Shown here: piece by piece, positions 1 through 9,522 of the stretch
How the letters are laid out: each line of letters starts with the position of its first letter
Position numbering within the stretch: the stretch's first letter is position 1
Virus record (IMG/VR): IMGVR_UViG_3300048597_000624
Span: 1-64,000 of that record
From: a virus
Length of the DNA: 64,000 nt
Strand: one strand, 5' to 3'
Made by a program: the position numbers and the translations under genes
The notes under the pieces: model-generated
Seen by the model: the letters and a program-made list of their open reading frames with translations, nothing else
What the model was told of the DNA's origin: nothing
The model's database searches: none

Positions 1-390
1 CTACTCCCGGAGTTGGTCCTGCACGTATTGGCGGGCTTTGTCGGCGTCCATGTTTGCGACTTTGATGAGGAGCATGGTCGTGGACTTTGCGACTGTCTGA
101 CGGAGACTCTTGGTCCGCTTATCCAACTCGTCGACTCGCTCTCGCAACGAGCGAATGAGGTCGTGTAACACGCTGAGCGACTCCCGCATTGCCTTCTCGC
201 CGGAGGGGTCGGGGTTGAGAGCCCGGCTCAGCAACTGCACGACAAACGGCGAAAAATAGTCGAACTCGGAGTTGCGGAACCGGCGGCAAAGTTCTTCAAA
301 ATCTTCTTGGTCCTCGTCGCCAAAGCGAACGGTGAAAGGGTTCTTCAACTCCTTTTCCTGCTTTTCCTGCTTCACTCGCTTTTTGGCCAT
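1..390 (-). CDS. Putative RHH/MobC-like relaxosome accessory protein (start re-called at MAKKRVK)
   Basis: N-terminal FTVRF strand followed by helices and a coiled coil; paralogous to 2830..3207 (PDPSxEKAxRE, LDxRTK); next to an oriT-like site. Confidence 0.5.
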   Translation of the reverse strand: MAKKRVKQEKQEKELKNPFTVRFGDEDQEDFEELCRRFRNSEFDYFSPFVVQLLSRALNPDPSGEKAMRESLSVLHDLIRSLRERVDELDKRTKSLRQTVAKSTTMLLIKVANMDADKARQYVQDQLRE

Positions 391-521
391 TTGGCAAACT
401 CGATGTGGGGTTTCAAGGGCCAGTACACAAATTGTGGACAAAAGGCCGAGCAGTTACCACCTGTCAGCGAAAGAGTTAGGACGAGGGCCTCTCGAATTTG
501 TGCACACGATTGTAAACAATC

Positions 522-547
522 CACCGCTAGGTGCGTCAGGTGTGCTG
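522..547 (+). other. MOBF-type oriT nic-like site
   Basis: CACC-GCTA-GGTG hairpin followed by CGTCAGGTGT^GCTG, resembling R388 (GCACCGAAAGGTGCGTATTGTCT) and IncN/F nic regions as recalled. Confidence 0.55.
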
Positions 548-734
548 TCGCCAAGGGGGCCGCCCCCGAAGGCGACTCTGATATCAGTGGGCCTGCGGCT
601 GGAGCGACGCGGAGGGGCGGTTTCACCGACCCGTAGCTTGGAGCGGACGCCGCAGGTTGAGCCGCCTTTGGCGGCTCAATCCCCGTCTCGCTCGCGAGGC
701 GGGGACCAGGATTTTGCTGACCGGGAGGTCAGCC

Positions 735-2810
735 CTATTTCGAGAACTCAAACTCGACCTTGCCATCGGTCAGCTTCAACCGGGCTTCAAACGGTTTTCC
801 GGCTTTGGATTTGAATCCTTTGAGCAGGGAACTCTTTCCGTCCCGCAGTAACACGCGGGCGGTCGAGGCGGAGATTGCCTTCCCGGCAATCGTCTTCCAA
901 ATGGTGAACTTGCAGCCTGCCTTCCAGCCGGAGCACGAATAGGATTTTGGTCCTTCCAAAACCGGGGCCTGGCACAAGGGGCAGGCCCCCAGGCTGCTGG
1001 CGGTCACGCAATCAGCGGGCGGCGGCGACGGCCTCGCGGTCGCGGCCTGTTCGCTGGTGCGAATGAGGCCGCGTGTGTAGTCGGCAATCTGCCGAACGAA
1101 CTCCTCGGGACCGGCTTCGCCGCGTTCGATTTTCTTGAGGCGTTCTTCCCAGTCGCCGGTCATTTCAGGCGACTTGAGACTCGCGTCTTCAATCAAGGAA
1201 AGCAGATAGTGTCCCGACTCCGTCGCGGTGAGCTTGGTTTTCGTGCGGGCGATGTACTTGCGTTGGAGGAGCGTTTCAATAATCGACGCTCGCGTCGCGG
1301 GGGTTCCAAGTCCCCGTTCCTTGAGGGCTTCGCGAAGCTCGGCGTCCTCCACGAATTTGCCAGCCGTCTCCATCGCTCCCAAGAGCGTGTTCTCCGTGAA
1401 AGGGCTGGGCGGAGTGGTCTGGCCTTTCCTCACGCTTGGTTCGTGTGTTCCGCTTTCGCCTGGCCTGAAGTCGGGGAGTTGTTGTTCGTCCTCGGGGACT
1501 TCCTCGTCCGACGCTTGCTCGTAGAGCAGCGTCCAGCCGGGGACCGTGATGCGGGTTCCCTTGGCCACGAATGGAACGCCAGCCGATTGGGCCTGTACGG
1601 TGGTGACTTCTTTCTCGCAAGCCGGAGAGAACGCGGCGATGAATCTCGCGACAATCGCCTCGAAGACCTGTTGCTGGTCATGCGGCAATGACTGGGGAAT
1701 GGTGCCGGTCGGAATGATGGCGTGATGGTCGGTGACTTTCTTGTCGTTCGTGATGCGAGCGGTGAAGGGAAGTTTCGCCAAATTGAGTCGGCCAATTTCA
1801 GTCGGCTTGAGGGTGGCGAGCTTTTGCAGAATGCCGGGGATAGTTGGTTCGATGTCCTTGGTCAAGTACCGCGAATCGGTCCGTGGGTAGGTGATGAGCC
1901 GGGCCTCGTAGAGCGACTGAGCGGCTTGCAAGGTCGCGGCAGCCGATAGGCCGAAGCGGCGGTTCATGTCCCGCTGCAATTCGTTGAGGTCGTAGAGTTG
2001 GGGCGGCGGCGACTTCTGCGGCTGTCTCTCCACCGTCTCAATTTTCAGTGGCTGCCCGGTCACTCGTTGCAATTGAGTCCTGGCGTTTGCTTCTTCCTCG
2101 AAGCGACCGCCAGCGAATCGAAAGACCGTGTCGCGATACTTGGTGAGCAATTCCCAGAATGGCGTGGACCGGAAGTTTTTGATTTCGTTGTCGCGACTGG
2201 CAATCATGGCGAGCACGGGAGTCTGAACGCGGCCTACGCTCCACAATTCGCCGCTACTTCGATGGCGGACGGTGAAATAGCGAGTGCCATTGATGCCGAC
2301 TATCCAGTCGGCCTCGCTGCGGCAGCGAGCGGCGGCGTAGAGATTATCGAAGGCGGCGAGCGGCTTGAGCGATGCGAACGCTGCTTGAATGGCCTGCGGT
2401 GTGAGCGAACTGAGCCACAAGCGGCGGGCGGGTTTGCCGGTGCAGCCGGTAAGCGTGAGGATATAGCGGAAAATGAGTTCACCCTCGCGGCCTGCGTCGG
2501 TGGCCGCGATGAGTTCCTCCGCCGTGCGGAACAATTGCTTGATGACGCTCAATTGGTGGCGAGCGTCTTTGTCCCCGGAGGGTCTAAGTCCAAACTTGTC
2601 GGGGATGATGGGCAGCGTTTCGAGTGCCCATTTCTTCAACGACGGGTCGTAATCTTCCGGGTCGTTCAAGGCCACTAAGTGGCCGAAGGCCCATGTGACT
2701 TGATAGCCGTTGCCCTCCAGATAGCCGTCGCGGCGAGTCTTGCATCCTAAGCATTGGGCAAGCTCTCTAGCGACGGACGGTTTTTCGGCAAGGACTACTT
2801 TCATCGACAT
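735..2810 (-). CDS. topB: DNA topoisomerase III (type IA) with C-terminal Zn-ribbon repeat
   Basis: AEKPSVA, ATDAGREGE TOPRIM, GRVQTP, ITYPRTDS catalytic Tyr, GLGTPATR, CPLC ribbon. Confidence 0.93.
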   Translation of the reverse strand: MSMKVVLAEKPSVARELAQCLGCKTRRDGYLEGNGYQVTWAFGHLVALNDPEDYDPSLKKWALETLPIIPDKFGLRPSGDKDARHQLSVIKQLFRTAEELIAATDAGREGELIFRYILTLTGCTGKPARRLWLSSLTPQAIQAAFASLKPLAAFDNLYAAARCRSEADWIVGINGTRYFTVRHRSSGELWSVGRVQTPVLAMIASRDNEIKNFRSTPFWELLTKYRDTVFRFAGGRFEEEANARTQLQRVTGQPLKIETVERQPQKSPPPQLYDLNELQRDMNRRFGLSAAATLQAAQSLYEARLITYPRTDSRYLTKDIEPTIPGILQKLATLKPTEIGRLNLAKLPFTARITNDKKVTDHHAIIPTGTIPQSLPHDQQQVFEAIVARFIAAFSPACEKEVTTVQAQSAGVPFVAKGTRITVPGWTLLYEQASDEEVPEDEQQLPDFRPGESGTHEPSVRKGQTTPPSPFTENTLLGAMETAGKFVEDAELREALKERGLGTPATRASIIETLLQRKYIARTKTKLTATESGHYLLSLIEDASLKSPEMTGDWEERLKKIERGEAGPEEFVRQIADYTRGLIRTSEQAATARPSPPPADCVTASSLGACPLCQAPVLEGPKSYSCSGWKAGCKFTIWKTIAGKAISASTARVLLRDGKSSLLKGFKSKAGKPFEARLKLTDGKVEFEFSK

Positions 2811-2829
2811 GCCTCACGAGCATGAAATG

Positions 2830-3207
2830 TTACCCACGCAAATGCTTCTCAACCCATTCTTTGACCTCGTCTTCGTTCCATCCTGCACATGATACGAGCA
2901 GGTGGGCGATACCGTTGGCGAAGCCGTTCCGCATTTTCTTGGTTCGGGCATCAAGTTTCTCGATGCCTTCCTGGAGATGGGCAGTGGCGTCGCGGAGTTC
3001 GCGTAGCAGTTCCCGGACAGCCTTTTCGCTCGACGGGTCAGGGTAGAGCTGTCTTTTCAGAAGTTGCTTGGCAAATGTCGAAATATTTGGGACGCCAGCC
3101 GCATCTTGCTGCCGTTCCAATTCGGCAAGGTCGTCCAATTCTTCTTTGGTGAAGCGTAGCGTAAGCAGGTTTGGGGTCTGGCTGGGTTTGCTGGTTGTTT
3201 TAGCCAT
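2830..3207 (-). CDS. Putative RHH-like DNA-binding protein, paralog of 1..390 (start re-called at MAKTTSK)
   Basis: LTLRF strand, PDPSSEKAVRE motif shared with first ORF; GGAGG RBS upstream. Confidence 0.55.
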   Translation of the reverse strand: MAKTTSKPSQTPNLLTLRFTKEELDDLAELERQQDAAGVPNISTFAKQLLKRQLYPDPSSEKAVRELLRELRDATAHLQEGIEKLDARTKKMRNGFANGIAHLLVSCAGWNEDEVKEWVEKHLRG

Positions 3208-3454
3208 CTGTTGGCCTCCTTCGTTTACCTCGTCGGTCGAAAGTGACACGCAAACCAAAGTATTTGAATAGGCGGTCGGCAACGTCAAGCCGCAAATTAT
3301 CTCGGTCGCCATTGATGAATTTGTTCAGCGTCGATTGGTCGACGCCTGATTCCTTGGCGATTTGGTAAACGCTCAGGCCGCTGCGGCGTGTGGTGTCACG
3401 CAAAATGGCGGCGAGGCCGGAAGCCTCGCCGCGTTTGTCCTTTGTTGATGCCAT
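3200..3454 (-). CDS. XRE-family helix-turn-helix regulator
   Basis: LSVYQIAKESGVDQSTLNKFING HTH pattern. Confidence 0.85.
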   Translation of the reverse strand: MASTKDKRGEASGLAAILRDTTRRSGLSVYQIAKESGVDQSTLNKFINGDRDNLRLDVADRLFKYFGLRVTFDRRGKRRRPTDG

Positions 3455-3457
3455 GTG

Positions 3458-3796
3458 TTAGTCGTTGCCCAAGTCCGTCAACCAATGGCTGACAATCTCA
3501 TCCCAATTGACTTCCTGCAATGCTGCTCCGAGCAAGTCGCTGTAGAGTGTGGAGTCCTCCAGCGGTGAGCCATCAGTCACTTCAGCCTTGAGCCGGTCTG
3601 CCAAGTTGTAGCGGGCTGCCTCTTGAGCCGTCCAAGTGCCGCGTTTGACTTGCTCGCACGTCGCGGCGGAGTCCCTTGACTCGCGTGTCGCTTCTCGCCA
3701 GTAGCAATGCGTTGCATGGTCATTGTCGAGCCACAAAGCCGTGGCCCAAGTTTCGTAGTTCGTCCATCCGTTGTAGCTCTTATCATTCTGTGTCAT
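3458..3796 (-). CDS. Hypothetical mobile-element protein (YNGWTNYETW motif)
   Basis: AGAGGA RBS, first gene after a consensus promoter. Confidence 0.7.
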   Translation of the reverse strand: MTQNDKSYNGWTNYETWATALWLDNDHATHCYWREATRESRDSAATCEQVKRGTWTAQEAARYNLADRLKAEVTDGSPLEDSTLYSDLLGAALQEVNWDEIVSHWLTDLGND

Positions 3797-3850
3797 GTTC
3801 CTCTATGTGGTTTACTGTGAGTTCGCCTATCGAACCCATTCAATAAGTAG

Positions 3851-3880
3851 ACTATAGGGCAATTGCCCTATGTTTGTCAA
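3851..3880 (-). promoter_or_regulatory. Sigma70-type promoter with overlapping 18-bp palindromic operator
   Basis: Minus strand TTGACA-N18-TATAGT; perfect palindrome ATAGGGCAATTGCCCTAT at 3854..3871. Confidence 0.75.
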
Positions 3881-4084
3881 CAAAAAAAGAGCATGTCGAA
3901 TAAAAAAGTTGGCCTCCAGCAAGAAAAGGTGTGCCGGTCATTGTCGGCCAATCGTGGCGGCTGCGAATCGTCGCTGTAGCCGAAAGCCTGCTACACTTCA
4001 CCCATCAAGAGCCAATTCACTGCTCAAGCTGTTTGGGTGATTCAAGCCGCAACCCCGACGCTGAACCGGTGGTATGCTCTCGCC

Positions 4085-4432
4085 TCACGCCTGCCGCTTA
4101 ATTTCGGCAACCTTGGCCACAAGGTAGCCGACTTCGTCGCCGTCGAGTTCGGCCACCTTTGCGATGCCGTGAATGTTATTGAGCAAGTCTTGCGACGCAC
4201 CGAGAAACGCCTTGAACGATGGTTCGCCTTCGCAGCGACCAAGTAAATGGCCGTCCGGCGTTATCGTCATCTCGACAAGTCGGGGCGTGGTCCAATCCTC
4301 GCCGAGCATACAGCCAAGGATTGCTTGGAAGTGCTCGCTGACCTGGACGGTCCGCAGCTTGCGGGCGGCATCTTGGCGGATTTGGTCGGGTTCTCGAATG
4401 TCCGATGTGCTCATAGTTGTCAAGACTTTCAC
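4085..4432 (-). CDS. Hypothetical protein
   Basis: ORF at the end of the ABC ATPase operon, protein-like composition; start uncertain. Confidence 0.6.
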   Translation of the reverse strand: MKVLTTMSTSDIREPDQIRQDAARKLRTVQVSEHFQAILGCMLGEDWTTPRLVEMTITPDGHLLGRCEGEPSFKAFLGASQDLLNNIHGIAKVAELDGDEVGYLVAKVAEIKRQA

Positions 4433-6465
4433 ATTTCCTTAAGCACGCGGCCATCAATTTTTAGCAACTGATGAGGAAGCCCTGAGAGGTGCGATTGGAG
4501 TCTTTCGATATTCTCGCTTGTGAAGAATATGACTTGCTGGCCAAATTGACTGGCCATTGATGTCCGGCGAAGCAATTCATTAAAACTCAAATCTCTCGTA
4601 CTTTGTTGACGTGGTTCGTCAAAAATAATGCAACCGGGATGATTCGACGGCTGACTTCTTGATAATTCTAAAAGCCCGTGAAGGTAGGACCAGATGGTGC
4701 GGATTAGGTCGCTTGCGGAAATGCTCGTTTGCAGTGAAAAGCTCGTTTGCAAGTCGAAGCCTTCGTGTTCTGGTCGATACGTGTCTGTTGAAATGACAAC
4801 TTGGTTTACTGGAAAGCTGCCGAATCCATACTGAGTCAACTGCTCCCGAAGCGTAGCCGTCCAAGCCAGAAGCTTTTGCTTATCGTCTGCCGTAACGTCA
4901 TCATTTGGGAGGCGGCTTAGGCGTTCTTGCACGTCTTTCCACCGCTGCGATAGCTCATCGAATCCCTCCAAGATTGCCTGAAGCTGCTGCTCGACTTCCC
5001 GGTCCTTGCGGATGGCGTTGTCCGTCGTCATCCTTGTTTGAATTGCGGCAATCGAGGGAAGCCGTCCATCGGACACCAAAGTCTCCCGTAAAGCTCGCAC
5101 TCGATCTCGTCGGGAAGACAAGTCCTCGTGAACTGCTCGCACTTGTCGGCTCCTCGACTCGACTACTTGACGTGCGTTAAGTTGCACGCCCTCGTACGTT
5201 CGTAGTTGCTCGGTAAGAAACTGAATGTTCTCATCAAGTGTCATGACGGATTGCTCCGGTTCCAAAGGAACTAGAGAATCCTGAATGGTTTGATGACAGA
5301 CCGGGCATGTACCTTGGTCTATTGATGAGTCTTGCCGCGATCCAAGCTGCTTCAGCACCCGAACATCTTTGTGCTGCTGAATATCCTCCGCAATCGCAGC
5401 CAGCCGGTCGTCCACTCGCTTTACTTCTTGTTGCTCTGATTCCAGTGCGTCGAGCAAGCGAGAGTGCAACGTCTGCTTTTCGCGGATTCCGTGTTCTGCC
5501 TCGGTCAACTCCGACTGTGCCACAGTGGCGATTTCCTGAACGCGTGGAATTTCCTCCAGTATGAGTTGATTGAGTGACTCCACGTTGGCCGCAATGCGTT
5601 GCCCGATGTTGATCCACGAATCACCTTCCGGTACTGCAAGTGTGGGAGGGACTGCCGGGGGCCAGGTGGCAACGGGTTTTTGAGGCAATGCCTGAATCGT
5701 CCCGCCTGCACTTTCGCCGAGGTCCGCTGCTCGTGAAACCCTATTCGTCCACTCGGCCTCGATGCGACTCTGTTCAAATACCAACTCTTGTCGGGTCAGC
5801 GCGATTTGGTGAGCATCCATATTCAACAGGAACTCTACCGAGCGCTTGTGGGCATCGCGAATCCGAAAATGCGATGGGAGCGGCGGTTGAACCGTTGACC
5901 AGCCCCGAGTCTGCTCAACGATAAAATAAGGAACAATGCACTGCATGTAGAGCGGATACTCATTGCCGTCGTATGTCTGCACGGTTGGCAAACTCCACCC
6001 CAAGAATTTGGCAAGGTAGTGATGGAACCCCAACTCTCTAGTAGCTGCTCCCTGTCGGCTAACAAACATATCTCGTGTTCGGACTGAAGCAGTGGGATTT
6101 GTGAGTGCCGGACCCTCGTGAACTGTTATTAGGTTCTTGTCTCTCTCGCCCTTGATCGTGCGTTGGATTACGATCCGCTGATTCTGTGCGTTTTCAATCT
6201 CCAAGAGTACTTCGGATTCCAAAACGTCGTGCTCACCGGTTGCGGAGTTGAGACGTGCCTTGACGGCGGGCGGCAATGGCAAATCGGCCTGACTCGGCGA
6301 AAGCATCGCCTCCATTCCCAAGGCAACTAGAATGGACTTCACACACGTCGATTTGCCCATTGAGTTGTCGGCCCATACGACAACAAGTCCATCGGGGAAA
6401 TCCAGCGTCGCACCGAATGGTCCGGCGTCTGTCTGCACACGAATCATCAATCGTCTGAATCTCAT
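4429..6465 (-). CDS. SMC/Rad50-like ABC ATPase of a Lamassu / ABC-three-component defence system (LmuB-like)
   Basis: Walker A ADNSMGKST, long coiled coil with CPVC zinc hook, SISASD signature, Walker B IIFDEP. Confidence 0.85.
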   Translation of the reverse strand: MRFRRLMIRVQTDAGPFGATLDFPDGLVVVWADNSMGKSTCVKSILVALGMEAMLSPSQADLPLPPAVKARLNSATGEHDVLESEVLLEIENAQNQRIVIQRTIKGERDKNLITVHEGPALTNPTASVRTRDMFVSRQGAATRELGFHHYLAKFLGWSLPTVQTYDGNEYPLYMQCIVPYFIVEQTRGWSTVQPPLPSHFRIRDAHKRSVEFLLNMDAHQIALTRQELVFEQSRIEAEWTNRVSRAADLGESAGGTIQALPQKPVATWPPAVPPTLAVPEGDSWINIGQRIAANVESLNQLILEEIPRVQEIATVAQSELTEAEHGIREKQTLHSRLLDALESEQQEVKRVDDRLAAIAEDIQQHKDVRVLKQLGSRQDSSIDQGTCPVCHQTIQDSLVPLEPEQSVMTLDENIQFLTEQLRTYEGVQLNARQVVESRSRQVRAVHEDLSSRRDRVRALRETLVSDGRLPSIAAIQTRMTTDNAIRKDREVEQQLQAILEGFDELSQRWKDVQERLSRLPNDDVTADDKQKLLAWTATLREQLTQYGFGSFPVNQVVISTDTYRPEHEGFDLQTSFSLQTSISASDLIRTIWSYLHGLLELSRSQPSNHPGCIIFDEPRQQSTRDLSFNELLRRTSMASQFGQQVIFFTSENIERLQSHLSGLPHQLLKIDGRVLKEM

Positions 6466-6956
6466 AGTGTGGTTCTCGCGAACATTTGATTCACGAGCGA
6501 TTCGGTTACGTTCTGTCGAATGGCGTCCATAAACTGTTTCTCGATAACGTAGATTCCTTCCGATTGCTCAAGCTCGACCGCAAAGGCTTTTCCTAGCTGG
6601 GTCAATTCAATCTTGTCGCCTCCGGCCCGCTTCAACAAACTTTCGCCAATTGCGAAATCGACGGCACGACTAAGGAACGGGTCGAAACGAACGATTACAA
6701 TGTGCGGGGACAGCGAGCCGCGAATTGCCGCCTGTAGGTCAAGGCGATTATCAACGCTGCTAATTCCCCAGTTCAACACATGAAGGCGTTTATGGGTTGA
6801 GCGTCCACTACGGCAGCATTTCTTGAGAAGAAGCACAATCAAGCCGATCCTCCACCCCGGTCGTAAATCGCCGGGGATCGCAATCGGTCGCCGTCGGAAG
6901 AGAAATGCGGTTTGCAATTCAGGAAGGTCAAGGTCGTTCTGCACGAGATCAAGCAT
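6462..6956 (-). CDS. ABC-three-component middle component (LmuC-like)
   Basis: 164 aa ORF overlapping both neighbours, between effector and ATPase; VRFDP and ELTQLG winged-helix-like end. Confidence 0.7.
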   Translation of the reverse strand: MLDLVQNDLDLPELQTAFLFRRRPIAIPGDLRPGWRIGLIVLLLKKCCRSGRSTHKRLHVLNWGISSVDNRLDLQAAIRGSLSPHIVIVRFDPFLSRAVDFAIGESLLKRAGGDKIELTQLGKAFAVELEQSEGIYVIEKQFMDAIRQNVTESLVNQMFARTTL

Positions 6957-7878
6957 TTGTGGCCACCTCTGGAAAATCCAACGGACAACGAAGCAACCAA
7001 TCCGCTACCGCTTCATGGGCGAGCGACTCGGCATTAAATGCGTGGAGTGCCTTCACTTCTGCCTGAAATGTGTCCTTCAGGGTCTTGATGGATGCCGTGA
7101 ATAGTTCGTGCGGAGCTTCACCACTGATTGCTGCCGCAGCAAGAAAGTTCTCGCGATGCAGTTTCGCCTGAACAACCTTTTCATAGACCTCGGGGTATTC
7201 ACGCAGCCCGTCGAGAATGTCTTGCCCTTCCAAGTACCACTTCAACACCTGCGTGTGAAACTTCCCTCGGTCGTCCTCATTGCGAATTGTAGTAAGCCGC
7301 CGCAGCTTGTCAGTTAGCGTGGCCGCAAGCGTGTCGTGAGTTGCTGCCCAGTCCGAGACTTGCTCGACGGTTGGTGAGTCTGCTTCCACGTGAAGTGCGG
7401 AAGTGCTATTGCTGAGTAGCTGGTCTCTCGCGGCACGAAAGTCTTCCTCTTGACAAACGACGACGCGAAACGAGTCGGCAACGTAAGGAAGGCTCGCCGC
7501 TACGACTTCCGTGGTCTTGGTGGCCGCATGGCCAACAATTTCCTTGCTATCGCTATACGGCACAAAGAGTGCCCATCGCGTGACCCTGATTGTCCCGAAC
7601 AATCTCTGAAGGGTGGCCCTGTTCGTGATGAACTTTCCAACATCGGCTGTCATCTTGTCGCGTTGCTTGGCATACCGAGCGGCAGTCGCTAGAGGTTCTT
7701 CGCAGCCATAAGCTTGATATGCATGACCATCGGTGACGGTAAATCCTTCGATCCCAGAGTCGCCTCGGTCGTTGTCGGGCACACGTTGATATTCAGTCGG
7801 GCCGTAGTGGCAGGATAGCAACGAGTTCGCCCACTGTTGCCATTCTTCGCCACAAAGTCTTGTGATGCTTGCTGCCAT
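6949..7878 (-). CDS. ABC-three-component effector, putative PD-(D/E)xK-type nuclease plus C-terminal domain (LmuA-like)
   Basis: GDSGIEGF...YQAY nuclease-like motif; C-terminal VADWLLRCPLDF. Confidence 0.7.
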   Translation of the reverse strand: MAASITRLCGEEWQQWANSLLSCHYGPTEYQRVPDNDRGDSGIEGFTVTDGHAYQAYGCEEPLATAARYAKQRDKMTADVGKFITNRATLQRLFGTIRVTRWALFVPYSDSKEIVGHAATKTTEVVAASLPYVADSFRVVVCQEEDFRAARDQLLSNSTSALHVEADSPTVEQVSDWAATHDTLAATLTDKLRRLTTIRNEDDRGKFHTQVLKWYLEGQDILDGLREYPEVYEKVVQAKLHRENFLAAAAISGEAPHELFTASIKTLKDTFQAEVKALHAFNAESLAHEAVADWLLRCPLDFPEVATNA

Positions 7879-7907
7879 TTACGTAAAAGTCGTCTCAGGC
7901 TAGTGGG

Positions 7908-9500
7908 TTATTTGTTGCCGCTTGGGTCATCGCCGTTTGGCGGCACTAAGTCCAAGCGGCTAGAGCTATCGCCTTTAGTTGGCACACTGTTGGGTTCGCT
8001 TGAGTCGTCGGCTGATTGAGTTGATGCTTTCTCATTGTTCTTGAGCGTTGGCTCCGGGTCGGAAGCTGCGTTCGATACTGGTTTAACCGTATCGTTATTG
8101 CCAGCAGGTATGGTCAATGTTTGCGTCGGATTGTTCGGCTGCGGAGTTTTGCCGACGACAAAAAAAGAGACGAAGGCGGCGAGGATCAGCAACACCAAGC
8201 CGCCTCCATAGAAAATGTCAAGCTTGTGAGAAGAACGGATTTTCCTACGCCCAACAATTGTTGGGCTAGCTGCTCCAATCGCAGTGGCTAATCCCAATTC
8301 TGGCAAACGCGTGCTATAACGCTTCTCGATCTTCAACCCATGCGTAACTGATCCGAGTAAAAGATTGTGGTACCAATGGCGGTCCATCAAGTAAAATGCA
8401 ATCCAGACCGCTGCACCAGCAAGCAACACCAAAGTAGCGAGCGGAATATGAGTTCCCCAAATACCAACCTCTACTTGCTCCTTTACGCTAAACGCGGCAC
8501 CGGCCAAGATAGCTCCGAGAATTGTCAACGCAAAATTGCGGACCTTCATTTCCAGTTCGTTGAAATGCTTTTGAACATCAACGGTAGTTTTCCAAGCATC
8601 CACAACCGTTTCTATTTGGTCCGGTGAGCGGTCAATGTATGGCTCGAAACTAAAGGCAGGCAACACGTCTGCCAGCGACTGGTTTAGAGTCAGTGTGGGC
8701 TTAATCTGGTCTTCGGATAATCCTTTCTCCTTTTCTACCGATGACGCGGTCCAATGCGTCACTCGTCGAAGCAATTCATATTCCGGCCTAGTCTGAGCAA
8801 TCCCGTACTTTGCCCACGCATCGGTGACTTTGGCGTCCTTTGCCATTGAAATATCTTTCATCAAGCTGTCGCCGATATACAGCACCTCCTCCGGTGAAGC
8901 GGCTACGTCCCGAATGATTTGCAGCAGGATCTCTGGGTTTGGCTTCAATTCTCCCTTGGGTGTGTGGCGAGGTACTGTCCGACGAAGCTTGTACTGGCCC
9001 GTTGGATAAATCCGAATTTGTTCAGCGGTCATACCCTGCGGCAAGTCGTGGTCCGCTGGCGAATAGATGTAGTCGAGTAATCGGTCAAGACCCAACTTTC
9101 GCATTCGATAATGCGAGTAGTACGCCATCGACTCGGTGTATCCGGTCAACAAGCATCCTGCGTCCTTTAGCTTCTGGAGCGTTTCCTCAACGTCTGGGAA
9201 AAGAGCAAGCGAATCTTTGCGTGCAGAACGATAAGCATGAATCGCTGAGTCGTATATCTGGGTAATATTTTCGCCGGGGTGTTTTGCCTGAAGTGATTCG
9301 AGTTCTTCAAGGGCGAACGCGTACTCAGACGTACCGTGACGGGTGAAGACTGCCTTGAAGTCGTTCAGCAAGACTTCTTGTTCAATGCCACTTGTTCGGA
9401 TGAGTTCGTCGAGCATCGCCTTGAAGGATTGATGCCAAATGTCCACCCAATCAAATAGGGTGTTGTCCAAATCCAGAATGACGACAGATATGCGTTGCAT
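7908..9500 (-). CDS. HAD-family hydrolase fused to a multi-TM domain and disordered tail
   Basis: DLDNTL motif I, KPNP motif III, IGDSLMKD motif IV; about three hydrophobic helices in the C-terminal half. Confidence 0.8.
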   Translation of the reverse strand: MQRISVVILDLDNTLFDWVDIWHQSFKAMLDELIRTSGIEQEVLLNDFKAVFTRHGTSEYAFALEELESLQAKHPGENITQIYDSAIHAYRSARKDSLALFPDVEETLQKLKDAGCLLTGYTESMAYYSHYRMRKLGLDRLLDYIYSPADHDLPQGMTAEQIRIYPTGQYKLRRTVPRHTPKGELKPNPEILLQIIRDVAASPEEVLYIGDSLMKDISMAKDAKVTDAWAKYGIAQTRPEYELLRRVTHWTASSVEKEKGLSEDQIKPTLTLNQSLADVLPAFSFEPYIDRSPDQIETVVDAWKTTVDVQKHFNELEMKVRNFALTILGAILAGAAFSVKEQVEVGIWGTHIPLATLVLLAGAAVWIAFYLMDRHWYHNLLLGSVTHGLKIEKRYSTRLPELGLATAIGAASPTIVGRRKIRSSHKLDIFYGGGLVLLILAAFVSFFVVGKTPQPNNPTQTLTIPAGNNDTVKPVSNAASDPEPTLKNNEKASTQSADDSSEPNSVPTKGDSSSRLDLVPPNGDDPSGNK

Positions 9501-9522
9501 CGGACTTCTCGTGACGTAGGAG

